In this document: one piece after another, positions 48,132-57,177 of the stretch
Numbering within the stretch: position 1 is the stretch's first letter
How the letters are laid out: the number at the start of each line of letters is the position of its first letter
Assembly: GCA_963747985.1 (NCBI GenBank)
Contig: CAVVHG010000006.1
Location: 682,206-746,205, forward strand
Length of the DNA: 64,000 nt
Direction of reading: 5' to 3'
From: an uncultured Acidobacteriota bacterium
Lineage (GTDB): Bacteria; Acidobacteriota; UBA6911
Translations under genes and position numbers: made by a program
The notes under the pieces: model-generated
The model's database searches: none
What the model saw: the letters and a program-made list of their open reading frames with translations, nothing else
Told to the model about the DNA's origin: nothing

Positions 48132-48842
48132 ATGACGACGATGAGAATCGCCATCATCGGATACGGCAAGATGGGAAAGCTGGTGGAGGCGCTTGCCGCA
48201 CGCGAGGGCTGGGATGTCGGCCCCAGGCTTGATCTCGCGGACAACCGGGACGGCAGCGGGATCACCCGGGCTTCAATGTCCGGCGTCGACGTCGCGGTCG
48301 ACTTCTCGCAACCCGACGCTGTAAAGGCCAATATCGAAGCGGGAGCGCGCGCGGGTGTTCACATGGTGGTCGGAACGACGGGTTGGGGTGCGCATCTCGA
48401 CCGCGCGAGGCAAATCGTTCTCGAATCGGGCACCGGGCTGGTTTACGGATCCAACTTTTCCGTGGGCATGAACCTGTTTTTCGAGATCGCAGCCCAGGCT
48501 GCACGGATCGTCGGCAAAGTCCCCCAATACGACGCTTTCCTGAGCGAGGCGCATCATCGCGCCAAAAAAGATGCCCCGTCGGGGACGGCTCTGAACCTCC
48601 TGGAACTGGTGCGGCCTTTTCTTCCGGGGAAAGAGCCGGGGATCGCGGTGACGCGGGCCGGCCACATCCCGGGCATCCATGTCCTGGGATTTGACAGCGA
48701 GGCAGACACCATCACGCTGCAACACAGCGCGCGTAACCGCCAGGGGCTCGCCGAAGGGGCGATCGTCGCGGCGCGCTGGATCGCGGGCCGGCAGGGTTTC
48801 TACGAATTTCGCACCGTGTTTCGGGAGATCATGGGTTTCTGA
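48132..48842 (+). CDS. dapB: 4-hydroxy-tetrahydrodipicolinate reductase.
   Basis: MTTMRIAIIGYGKMGKLVEAL... and ...EAHHRAKKDAPSGTAL... (the DapB signature E.HH..K.D.PSGTA) are present. Confidence 0.9.
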   Translation: MTTMRIAIIGYGKMGKLVEALAAREGWDVGPRLDLADNRDGSGITRASMSGVDVAVDFSQPDAVKANIEAGARAGVHMVVGTTGWGAHLDRARQIVLESGTGLVYGSNFSVGMNLFFEIAAQAARIVGKVPQYDAFLSEAHHRAKKDAPSGTALNLLELVRPFLPGKEPGIAVTRAGHIPGIHVLGFDSEADTITLQHSARNRQGLAEGAIVAARWIAGRQGFYEFRTVFREIMGF

Positions 48843-48869
48843 TCCAGGATAATCCGCGGAGTCCTGAAA

Positions 48870-49760
48870 ATGATTGAAGAACTCAAGGGTTGCGGTACCG
48901 CGCTGGTAACCCCCTTCCGGCCTGACGGGCGGCTCGATGAGAAGGCGCTCGCTTCGCTGGTTGAGTGGCAGGTACGGGCAGGTATCCAGTTTCTCGTTCC
49001 CTGCGGTACAACAGGCGAGAGTGTCACCCTCGACCATGAGGAGTACCTCGCGGTGGTGCGTATCACCGTGGAGACGTCTGGTTCGCGTGTTCCCGTGGTG
49101 GCCGGCGCCGGCGGAAACGACACAGCCAAGATCATCCGTCTGGTGGCGGAGCTCGAGAAGGTGGGTGCTGATGCAATTCTCTCCGTGTCGCCTTATTACA
49201 ACCGGCCGACCCAGGAAGGCATCTACCGGCATTTCCGCGAAATCGCGGCCGCTTCCCGGCTGCCTGTCATCGTCTACAACGTCCCCGGCAGGACAGGGTC
49301 GAACATAATTCCGGACACTATCCTCCGGTTGGCTGAGCTGCCTAATATCCTCGGCGTGAAAGAGGCCAGCGGTGACATCGCGCAGATCGGCGAGATCTGC
49401 ACCCGGGTGCCCGCCGGGTTCCGTGTCTTCTCAGGCGACGACGCTCTGACGCTGCCGGTCATCGCGCTCGGCGGGAGCGGCGTCATATCCGTCGCTTCGA
49501 ATGAGGTGCCCGGCATGATGGCGGAGTTCGTGTCCTCCTGCCTCGAGGGGCGATGGGAGGAGGCGCGCGGCTGGAACCGGAGGCTGTACCCCCTGATGCG
49601 GGCCAATTTCATCGAATCGAGCCCGATACCGGTAAAGGCCGCACTCGCCATGATGGGAAAGATGCACGAGGTGTATCGGTTGCCGCTCGTGAAGATCTCT
49701 GACGGTGCGAGGGGGAAGCTCGCCGAAGTTCTCAAAGGATTGGAGCTGATCCCGTCGTGA
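48870..49760 (+). CDS. dapA: 4-hydroxy-tetrahydrodipicolinate synthase.
   Basis: The core ...GTALVTPF...GIQFLVPCGTTGESVTLDHEEY...VYNVPGRTG... is present, including the conserved Lys in ...VKEASGD.... Its stop overlaps the dapD start (ATGA). Confidence 0.9.
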   Translation: MIEELKGCGTALVTPFRPDGRLDEKALASLVEWQVRAGIQFLVPCGTTGESVTLDHEEYLAVVRITVETSGSRVPVVAGAGGNDTAKIIRLVAELEKVGADAILSVSPYYNRPTQEGIYRHFREIAAASRLPVIVYNVPGRTGSNIIPDTILRLAELPNILGVKEASGDIAQIGEICTRVPAGFRVFSGDDALTLPVIALGGSGVISVASNEVPGMMAEFVSSCLEGRWEEARGWNRRLYPLMRANFIESSPIPVKAALAMMGKMHEVYRLPLVKISDGARGKLAEVLKGLELIPS

Positions 49761-50620
49761 AGCACCAGGGGCAGGCAGGGAATATGCATCCGCTCGAACC
49801 GGAAATCCTGGCGCTGTTCCGGAACCCGCCCGGGGGTGGCTACACAGCCGGGCACTTCCGTCTCCTGGAGGATTTCAGGCAGGCGCTGAATGCTGGAGAG
49901 ATCCGCGCCGCATCCCCTGAAGACGGAATCTGGAAAGTGAATCCCTGGGTCAAAGCGGGGATTCTCCTCGGTTTCAGGATGGGTACCCTGAAGGACTTTT
50001 CCATTGACGATAACTTCCGCTTCTACGACAAGGACACGTTTCCTCTCAAGAGGCTCGGCCCGGACGATGCTGTCCGCGTTGTGCCCGGAGGGTCGTCCAT
50101 CCGCGACGGGGCGCACATCGGGAGGAACGTCACGTGCATGCCGCCGATGTACATCAACGTTGGCGCGTTCGTTGATGACGGCACCATGGTGGATTCCCAT
50201 GCGCTGGTGGGATCGTGCGCCCAGATCGGCAAGCGTGTTCACCTGAGTGCCGGCAGCCAGATCGGTGGCGTCCTCGAGCCGGTGGGAGCCCTGCCCGTGA
50301 TCGTGGAGGACGATGTCCTCGTCGGGGGAAATTGCGGGATCTATGAAGGTGCACTGGTGCGCGAAGGAGCGGTCCTTGGATCCGGCACCATCCTCACCGG
50401 TGGCACCCCCGTCTATGATCTCGTGCATCAGAGAGTGTACAAGAGGGAGGATGGCCGCCCGCTGGAGATACCTTCCCGGTCCGTTGTGGTGCCGGGCGCG
50501 AGAGCCATCACGCAGGGTTGGGGGAGGGAGCAGGCCCTCTCGGTCTACACCCCCGTGATCGTGAAGTACAGGGATTCGAAGACTGAAGGCAGCATCCGGC
50601 TCGAGGATCTTCTGCGCTGA
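49757..50620 (+). CDS. dapD: 2,3,4,5-tetrahydropyridine-2,6-dicarboxylate N-succinyl(acyl)transferase (hexapeptide-repeat LbH).
   Basis: DapD-like N-terminal domain and LbH hexapeptide repeats (...VGAFVDDGTMVDSHALVGSCAQIGKRVHLSAGSQIGGVLEP...VIVEDDVLVGGNCGIYEGALV...). The succinyl- versus acetyl- specificity cannot be called from sequence. Confidence 0.8.
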   Translation: MKHQGQAGNMHPLEPEILALFRNPPGGGYTAGHFRLLEDFRQALNAGEIRAASPEDGIWKVNPWVKAGILLGFRMGTLKDFSIDDNFRFYDKDTFPLKRLGPDDAVRVVPGGSSIRDGAHIGRNVTCMPPMYINVGAFVDDGTMVDSHALVGSCAQIGKRVHLSAGSQIGGVLEPVGALPVIVEDDVLVGGNCGIYEGALVREGAVLGSGTILTGGTPVYDLVHQRVYKREDGRPLEIPSRSVVVPGARAITQGWGREQALSVYTPVIVKYRDSKTEGSIRLEDLLR

Positions 50621-50651
50621 AGCGATGCCTTGACACTCGAAGGGACTGGCC

Positions 50652-51962
50652 ATGGCACTGATCTATCCTTTTCACGGACTTCGTCACAGCCCGGGCAAGG
50701 CAGGCGACCTGAACCTGGTCATGACACAGCCTTACGACAAGATTTCCCGTGAGATGCAGAGGGAATACTACGGGCGTTCCCCGTTCAACGTGGTTCGCAT
50801 TACAAAGAACTTCGAGAAGAACGAGGACCCGGACACGACCTACCCGGACGCAGCGGCGACCTTCGATCGCTGGATTTCCGAAGGCCTGCTCGTCCCGGAG
50901 CCGAAGCCGGCCATCTACGCCTATTTCCGGGAGTACGAAGTCGAAGGGGAGAAGCGGGGTCAGCGGGGATTCATCGCGCTGCTGGACCTTGCCCATACCG
51001 CCGGCAGCATCCTGCCGCACGAGCGCACCCTGGCGGAGCCCAAGGCGGACCGGTTACGCCTGATGCAGGCGACCGAGAGCAACGACGATTTGATCTACAT
51101 GCTTTTCACCGACGACCGGCTGGCAGTCGATCAGATCCTGGAGGAAGCGACATCCCGGTCGTCTCCGGACATCGAAGTCGAGGACGACCTGGGCGCCATC
51201 CACCGCGTGTGGCCCCTAACAGATGCCAAGGTCTCGAAGAAGATAAGGGACGCGATGGTGCCCGAAGAGTTGTTCATCGCCGACGGTCACCACCGTTTCG
51301 AGACCGCCGTCGCTTACATGAACGAGTGCAGGTCGCGCGGATGGAGACCGGGCGGCACCGAGTCTTTCGACAAGCGGATGGTGGCATGTTTCAACAGCGC
51401 TGCGCCGGGGATCACCATCCTTCCCACACACCGGTTGGTACATGCTCTGCCCTCGCTGGACTCCGTGGACTTCCTGCGACGGGCCGGCCAGCACTTTCGC
51501 GTTAAAAAGATGAGGTCGCCGGAAGCGTTGTGGGGTGTCATGAGAGAGGCAAGGGGACGGGATCACGTTTTCGGATTCTATGCCGCGGACACACGGCGTC
51601 CCTGGCTGTTGACTCTGAAAGAGGAGGCCAGGGTCGATCCGTTGATGCTGGCGCACGGCGAGGCCTACCGCCATCTGGATGTAAGCATACTCCACACCCT
51701 TCTGCTGGAGAGCATCCTCGGCATCGACGAGGCGAAACTTGTTGCGCAGACGCATGTGCAGTATGCGCGGGATCGTGAAGCCTGCATTCGGGCCGTGAAC
51801 GAGGGAAAGCACCAGGCGGCCTTCTTCCTCAATCCGACTACCGTGGAGCAGATGCAGCGGGTCGCACTGCTGGGTGAGAGAATGCCGCAGAAATCGACCG
51901 ATTTCTATCCCAAGCTCCTCACCGGCCTCGTCTTCATGAAAATGGCCATCGTCCGCCGCTGA
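50652..51962 (+). CDS. DUF1015-family protein (unknown function; conserved GHHR motif).
   Basis: A 436-aa product containing ...ELFIADGHHRFETAV..., the hallmark DUF1015 motif. It lies 31 nt downstream of dapD on the same strand. Confidence 0.7.
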   Translation: MALIYPFHGLRHSPGKAGDLNLVMTQPYDKISREMQREYYGRSPFNVVRITKNFEKNEDPDTTYPDAAATFDRWISEGLLVPEPKPAIYAYFREYEVEGEKRGQRGFIALLDLAHTAGSILPHERTLAEPKADRLRLMQATESNDDLIYMLFTDDRLAVDQILEEATSRSSPDIEVEDDLGAIHRVWPLTDAKVSKKIRDAMVPEELFIADGHHRFETAVAYMNECRSRGWRPGGTESFDKRMVACFNSAAPGITILPTHRLVHALPSLDSVDFLRRAGQHFRVKKMRSPEALWGVMREARGRDHVFGFYAADTRRPWLLTLKEEARVDPLMLAHGEAYRHLDVSILHTLLLESILGIDEAKLVAQTHVQYARDREACIRAVNEGKHQAAFFLNPTTVEQMQRVALLGERMPQKSTDFYPKLLTGLVFMKMAIVRR

Positions 51963-51968
51963 TCGCCT

Positions 51969-51991
51969 GGTGCCGGGCCTTCGGAATTCGG
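51969..51991. repeat. Solo arm (half-copy) of the same palindromic element family, 7 nt after the DUF1015 stop.
   Basis: The sequence ggtgccgggccttcggaattcgg is a 21 of 23 match to the reverse complement of the gcvP/gcvT element arms. No partner arm lies within about 150 nt. Confidence 0.6.
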
Positions 51992-52093
51992 TCTCCACCC
52001 GGCAGCCCCGGCAGGCCCGGCCGCGACCTGGTTCCAGAGATCTGGCGCCCGATGGTTCTTGATTCGGAACTCAGAAGATCAGGGGAAACGATG

Positions 52094-53623
52094 AACAGGA
52101 ATCTGGTCCTTTCGGCATTAACTCTCTTGCTGCTGGCCGCCGCACAGGCCCAGGTGCGCGGCGCCCGGAACGGCGGCATCGTCTTGGGCAAAGCAGTCCA
52201 GCTGTTTGTCGACGATACTCTCATAGACCGGATGGAACGCGTCACGCGCGGCCTGCATTATCCTGAGCGCGCTCCCGAAAACCCCGTTCTGAAGCCCGAT
52301 CAGCCGTGGGAAGGCACGGTCATCCTCCAGCCCGGGACGGTGCTCTTCGATGAGGGAGAGCACATCTTCAAGATGTGGTACAACACCCTTCCCGTTAAGG
52401 ACAAACCGGACATAGAGGAATTCATCTGCTATGCCGTTTCCAGGGACGGCATTCACTGGACCAAGCCGGCACTGGGTATAGTGGAGTTTCGTGGATCGAC
52501 GGCGAACAACATCCTGCTCAAGTGGTGCTATTGGAATCTCGTGGTACTCAAAGACGACCGCGAGCCTGATGCGGCGAAACGATACAAGATGGCGTACTGG
52601 AACTGGCATGATCGCGCCAGGGGAGCCAGTGGCATCTGGGTGGCGGTCTCACCCGACGGCGTTCATTGGAAGGTCGACCCGAATAATCCCGTCGTCCCGA
52701 GTACTGCGAGCGGGGACACTTTCGGAATCATGCAGGACCCGCGATCCCGTCAATTCTGGCTATATCACAAGTCGCCCATGGAACCCCTGCGCAAGGTGTC
52801 TCGGCTAGTGAGTGATGATTTTGTGCGCTGGCGGAACGACGAGCTGATACTGGAGCCCGACGATCGTGATCAACCGGACACGGAGTTCTATGGCCTCTCT
52901 CCCTTCGCGTATGGGGACCAGTACCTGGGCTATCTTTGGGTTCTGCATACTTACTCGCAGCAGATCGACGTTCAACTGGTTTCGAGCCGTGATGGTCGAG
53001 CGTGGGAGCGCTGCGCGCATCGCCGTGTGTTTTTTCCGCTCGGATTCGTTCGCATCGATTATGACAACGATGCCTTCGACAGCGAAATGATCATGTCCGT
53101 CACGCCACCGGTAATTAAGGACGGCAGACTGTGGATGTACTACACCGGCTACTCCAACAAGCACAATGCGCGGGAAGGCATACTGAATCCGGGTGGGTTG
53201 GGCAGCAGCTACGTTGGTCAGGTCGGATTGGCCCGAATGCGCCAGGACGCTTTCTGCTCGCTCGATGCCACCAGTCAAGGTTACGTGCTTACTCGCCCGC
53301 TGCGCTTCGAGGGATCCACGATGCACGTGGTTGCCTCGACGTTCACCCTGAATCGGCCCGGTGTTCCCTTCAACCCGGTTTGGAGCGGCCTTCTCGGGAA
53401 CGTGCCGGACGGCGTAGGGCGGCTCAGGGTGGAAGTGCAGGACGAGAAAGGCAACGTGATTCCGGGCTTTGCCGCTTCGGACTGCCTCCCGGAGAATGAA
53501 GGTCCCGATGCTCTCCGAGTTTCCTGGAAGACAGGGAAGGACCTCACCGACTTACGAGGCCGGCTCGTGCGATTTCGTTTTGTCCTGAGCAACGCGAGAT
53601 TGCATTCCTTCCGTCTGGACTAG
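52094..53623 (+). CDS. Secreted five-bladed beta-propeller glycoside-hydrolase-like protein (GH43/GH32/GH117 clan; exact family not assignable).
   Basis: The signal peptide is MNRNLVLSALTLLLLAAAQAQ. Repeated ...W(T/K)K... blade motifs occur (IHWTKPALG, VHWKVDPNNPV, RLWMYYTGYS), with acidic residues in propeller positions (VVLKDDREPD, LEPDDRDQPDTEF). The start was taken at the MNRN Met (aa 15 of the track ORF). Confidence 0.45.
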   Translation, partial: NRNLVLSALTLLLLAAAQAQVRGARNGGIVLGKAVQLFVDDTLIDRMERVTRGLHYPERAPENPVLKPDQPWEGTVILQPGTVLFDEGEHIFKMWYNTLPVKDKPDIEEFICYAVSRDGIHWTKPALGIVEFRGSTANNILLKWCYWNLVVLKDDREPDAAKRYKMAYWNWHDRARGASGIWVAVSPDGVHWKVDPNNPVVPSTASGDTFGIMQDPRSRQFWLYHKSPMEPLRKVSRLVSDDFVRWRNDELILEPDDRDQPDTEFYGLSPFAYGDQYLGYLWVLHTYSQQIDVQLVSSRDGRAWERCAHRRVFFPLGFVRIDYDNDAFDSEMIMSVTPPVIKDGRLWMYYTGYSNKHNAREGILNPGGLGSSYVGQVGLARMRQDAFCSLDATSQGYVLTRPLRFEGSTMHVVASTFTLNRPGVPFNPVWSGLLGNVPDGVGRLRVEVQDEKGNVIPGFAASDCLPENEGPDALRVSWKTGKDLTDLRGRLVRFRFVLSNARLHSFRLD

Positions 53624-53724
53624 CCTCGCCCCCTGGTTGGCGGGTTCGCTGCCGGGACACCACACGGCAGATTGCCGGCGCACGAGTCATCGCCGCACGC
53701 AAGCAGCCGCCGTACGCCAATCGA

Positions 53725-56700
53725 TCAGGCTTTCGAGGAGCGTGTGACAAGCTCGGCTGCGGCGGTCACCTCGCTCGTGCCCGGCTTTTCCACCTCCCGC
53801 AACCTCGCCCCGTACTGTTTCAGGAAGTAGTCGATGGTTTCGACACGGAGCTTGATGGAGCCGGTCGGCTTGGTTTCATCGATGTCTTTAAAAGCGAAAT
53901 AGGGAGTGCCGGAATACTCGATGATCTTTTCGACCGTCGAGTAGATGGGTGCGTCATGCCCGCACTTGAAATTGGACAGCTCAACGGCGACGAGGTTGGG
54001 GTGACGGGCCGCAAACTTGGCGGCCCAGAGCTTGTTTGCGCTGCTGGCCGAGAACGTGTGTTTCCAGACGTCGCCGATGTCCAGCGGATGGCTGGTGATG
54101 CCTTCCTGCACCTCCTCCCCAAATAGACGGTCCAGGAGGTCCTTGTCCAGAGGAAGGGTGCTCTGTGAAAAGACAGGATAGCCCCGCTTCTGCAGCTCCG
54201 CGGGAATCCCGTGGTTGATCCCATCATCGTGGTGATAGGGTCGGCCCAGCAGCACGATGCCGATTCGGCCTTCCTTTTCGAGCCGGTCCAGTGCCTCGCG
54301 CGCCTTGCGCCGCACGGCGCTTTCGTATCTATTCAGGGCATCGTAGGCCGCGTGGATCGCACGCATGTTCTCCTGCGCGGACAATCCCAGAACGGCGCCC
54401 CATGCGGCCAGCATCTGCCGCGCCAGCATATGAGGCCTGGAGAGGTCCAGGAGCGGGTGCAGGTAGAGTACCCCGTTTTCGGCGAAGACATCCCTTTCCT
54501 TCGTGAAGGCTGCCTTGACAACTTCAGGCGTGAGTGCCGTCGTCGGGCACGCGTTCGACGCCCGTACGTTCACGAGCGGGGTACGCAGGACATCGAACAT
54601 CGGAAAGAAGATGCAGTCCAGCGGCTTCCTGCGGTGTTTGACGAAGATGAGGTTATGGATGTGTGCCAGAGCCAGCTTCGAGGGGTAGCAGGGGTCGATT
54701 GAGCCGCGCTTGGCTCCTGCCCGGAACATCTCGTCGTCGGTGTGGTCCGAGTAGACGATATTGCCTGACGCCACCCCCAGGCTTTCGAAGTATCCGTTGA
54801 AGAGAGGGGCGAAGGCATACATGGTCATAACGCGCGGGATGCCGATTCTTATCTTCTCCCTCTTCTGTATGAGCGCTTTGCGTTTCCGTTGCGCGGCCGT
54901 GAACGTCCACCTGGGCAGCGGATCCGCGATCTTTTCCAGCGCGTGCACCCGCCATACCTCGCGACCGGCATACTCCACCAGATTCGGGCTTGCCTCGCGC
55001 GCAGCATCCAATCCCGCCTGGATCGCCTTCATGGCGCCCAGTTCTTCCACCGTCCCCTTCTCGCAGGTGGCAACAATGAGCCGTCTTTCCCCCGGCCGGG
55101 ATGCCTCGTTCGCGCCGAGGTCCTGCCCGCCGACGCCTTCTTCCTCGCCGGTATCGATGTCGATGAAAGTCCGCAGGCATTCGTTCTTGCAGAAATGGCA
55201 GCGCGTTTCCTCGCTGACGGTAGTCGTGTAGTGAATCCGGCGGACGGCGTCGAGGCCGATGAACGTGGTCACATGCCCCCGGCGCCAGAGATCGATCGCC
55301 TCGAAAGCGGCTCCGATGGCCCCGGCCTCGCCTGCGTGCTTGTGCACGATGATTTCGGGCGTCCTGCCGGATCCGTGGAAGCGTGAACGGATGAAATCCA
55401 CCTGCGCCTTTACGGCTGCCAGGTTGTTCTGAGTGCCGCCCTGGAGGATGAACCGGGTGCCCAGCTCGGGGAGGTTCGGGATCTTTGCGATGTAGAGCCA
55501 GACATTCTTGGGCAGCACCGCCGCCAGACCGGCGAGGATTTCGTGGTGTTTCCACCCCTGACCCTGGAAGCTGGCGATGTCGGCCTGCAGGAACACGGCG
55601 CACCCGTAGGGGAAAACCGGCATGGCACGTGCCGTGAAGGCAACGTCCGCGTAATCCTCGACGCGGCAGCCGAAGCCCTGCGCGATCGACTGAAGGAAAT
55701 AGCCGTTTCCCGCAGAGCACTGGGTGTTCAGCTTGAAGTCCTTGACTCTTCCATCCTTCAGGATCATGAGCTTGATATCCTGCCCGCCCACATCGACGAT
55801 GGCGTCCGGCTGCTCGTAGTAGTGAAGCGCCGACTTGGCATGTGCGACCGTTTCGACGAGCGCGACGTCCGCACAGACGACATCGCGCAGCGTATCCTTG
55901 GCATACCCGGTCGTTGCCACTCCCAGGACCTCTATGCTGGCACCCTGAGTCTCGACCTGGCCGCGGAGTTTATCCAGGATCTCAATCGTGTCCTGGATCG
56001 GGTTGCCCTTGGAAAGCTGGTAGGCCCTGGCCAAAACTTCGCCCTCCTCCGAGAGGAGGACCGCTTTCGTCGAGGTGGACCCGCCATCAACCCCTATGAA
56101 TCCCTGGACAACCGTTCCGGGCAGGAATCCCGGGGGGACGAAGCGCGGTGGGGCGTAGTCTCTGATGAATTCCTCGACCTCCTCATCGGACGAGACCAGG
56201 CCCGGCAAGCCGCGGTGCCCCCGGCCTTCAATCCGCCCGCCGTGGATGTACTTTTCGAGCTGCGAGGTGCCCGCGTATCTGCCGATTTCCTGCTCTTCGT
56301 CCAGCCCGTATTCGGCAGCTCCCATGGCTCCGAAGTACTCGGCGTTCCCGGGAGCCAGGATCAGGTCCTCCGCCCGGCTGCCCTCCGGGATCACCGTGCC
56401 GCGTTCACTCCAGAGCAGAGCGATGTTGTGCTGCCAGGCCTGTCTCATACCGCGGATGAACGCGTTGGGCCCCCCCAAGAGGAGAACCTTGGGCAGAAGC
56501 GTCTGACCGCGCGCCAGTACCTTGAGATTCTGGAGAACGAAAGCCTCAAAAAGGGAAGCCATCAGCTCCCGGGGGGGAATGCCCTGTTTCTGTAGGCTGT
56601 TGATGTCGGTCTCGGCGAAGACACCGCATTTTCCGGCGACTTGGTGAATCCGGGTCCCTGAGTACGGCAGCTCACACAGCTCCCGGGAGGGAATCCCCAG

Positions 56701-57165
56701 CTTGGTGCTGATCTTGTCGATAACAGCCCCCGTACCGCCGGCACACTTGTCGTTCATCGAAGGCTGCTTCTTTACTTGCCCGGTTGCCGGGTCCCTCTTC
56801 AGGACGATGATCTTCGCATCCTGGCCGCCGATTTCGACGATGGAGGAGGCGTCCGGGCAGTGGCGCTCCGCCATCAGCGAGACCGCGAGCACCTCCTGTA
56901 CAAACTTCGCTCCGATCAGGTCCCCCAGGTAGCTTCCTCCCGATCCGGTCATGAAGACGCGGGAGTTGTCCTGATTTATCCCCAGTTCAGTCTCCATGCG
57001 GGTCAGAAAATCGAGGAGCATTTCGGCCTGGCGCGTGTCGTGGCGCCGGTAATCCTGCCAGAGGATCTCGTCCGAGCGCGTTTCCACGACTACGGCCTTG
57101 ATCGTCGTGGATCCGACATCAATGCCGATCCGGTATCTTGCGGGGAAAGTGTCTGTCCGGGCCAA
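53725..57165 (-). CDS. Fusion protein: two tandem BadF/BadG/BcrA/BcrD-type ATPase domains (CoA-substrate-specific enzyme activase / HgdC-like) plus a C-terminal DUF2229-like dehydratase-associated domain (1146 aa).
   Basis: The first repeat starts at residue 10 (YRIGIDVGSTTIKAVVVE) and the second near residue 360 (GFIGVDGGSTSTKAVLLSEEG). Both are acetate/sugar-kinase-fold activase signatures. The C-terminal approximately 450 aa (...IGIPRVMTMYAFAPLFNGYFESLG...VLLGRPYHHDDGINHGIPAELQKRGYPV...) matches the 'CoA enzyme activase uncharacterised domain' pattern. Confidence 0.75.
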   Translation of the reverse strand: MARTDTFPARYRIGIDVGSTTIKAVVVETRSDEILWQDYRRHDTRQAEMLLDFLTRMETELGINQDNSRVFMTGSGGSYLGDLIGAKFVQEVLAVSLMAERHCPDASSIVEIGGQDAKIIVLKRDPATGQVKKQPSMNDKCAGGTGAVIDKISTKLGIPSRELCELPYSGTRIHQVAGKCGVFAETDINSLQKQGIPPRELMASLFEAFVLQNLKVLARGQTLLPKVLLLGGPNAFIRGMRQAWQHNIALLWSERGTVIPEGSRAEDLILAPGNAEYFGAMGAAEYGLDEEQEIGRYAGTSQLEKYIHGGRIEGRGHRGLPGLVSSDEEVEEFIRDYAPPRFVPPGFLPGTVVQGFIGVDGGSTSTKAVLLSEEGEVLARAYQLSKGNPIQDTIEILDKLRGQVETQGASIEVLGVATTGYAKDTLRDVVCADVALVETVAHAKSALHYYEQPDAIVDVGGQDIKLMILKDGRVKDFKLNTQCSAGNGYFLQSIAQGFGCRVEDYADVAFTARAMPVFPYGCAVFLQADIASFQGQGWKHHEILAGLAAVLPKNVWLYIAKIPNLPELGTRFILQGGTQNNLAAVKAQVDFIRSRFHGSGRTPEIIVHKHAGEAGAIGAAFEAIDLWRRGHVTTFIGLDAVRRIHYTTTVSEETRCHFCKNECLRTFIDIDTGEEEGVGGQDLGANEASRPGERRLIVATCEKGTVEELGAMKAIQAGLDAAREASPNLVEYAGREVWRVHALEKIADPLPRWTFTAAQRKRKALIQKREKIRIGIPRVMTMYAFAPLFNGYFESLGVASGNIVYSDHTDDEMFRAGAKRGSIDPCYPSKLALAHIHNLIFVKHRRKPLDCIFFPMFDVLRTPLVNVRASNACPTTALTPEVVKAAFTKERDVFAENGVLYLHPLLDLSRPHMLARQMLAAWGAVLGLSAQENMRAIHAAYDALNRYESAVRRKAREALDRLEKEGRIGIVLLGRPYHHDDGINHGIPAELQKRGYPVFSQSTLPLDKDLLDRLFGEEVQEGITSHPLDIGDVWKHTFSASSANKLWAAKFAARHPNLVAVELSNFKCGHDAPIYSTVEKIIEYSGTPYFAFKDIDETKPTGSIKLRVETIDYFLKQYGARLREVEKPGTSEVTAAAELVTRSSKA

Positions 57166-57177
57166 GATGGTCGTACC

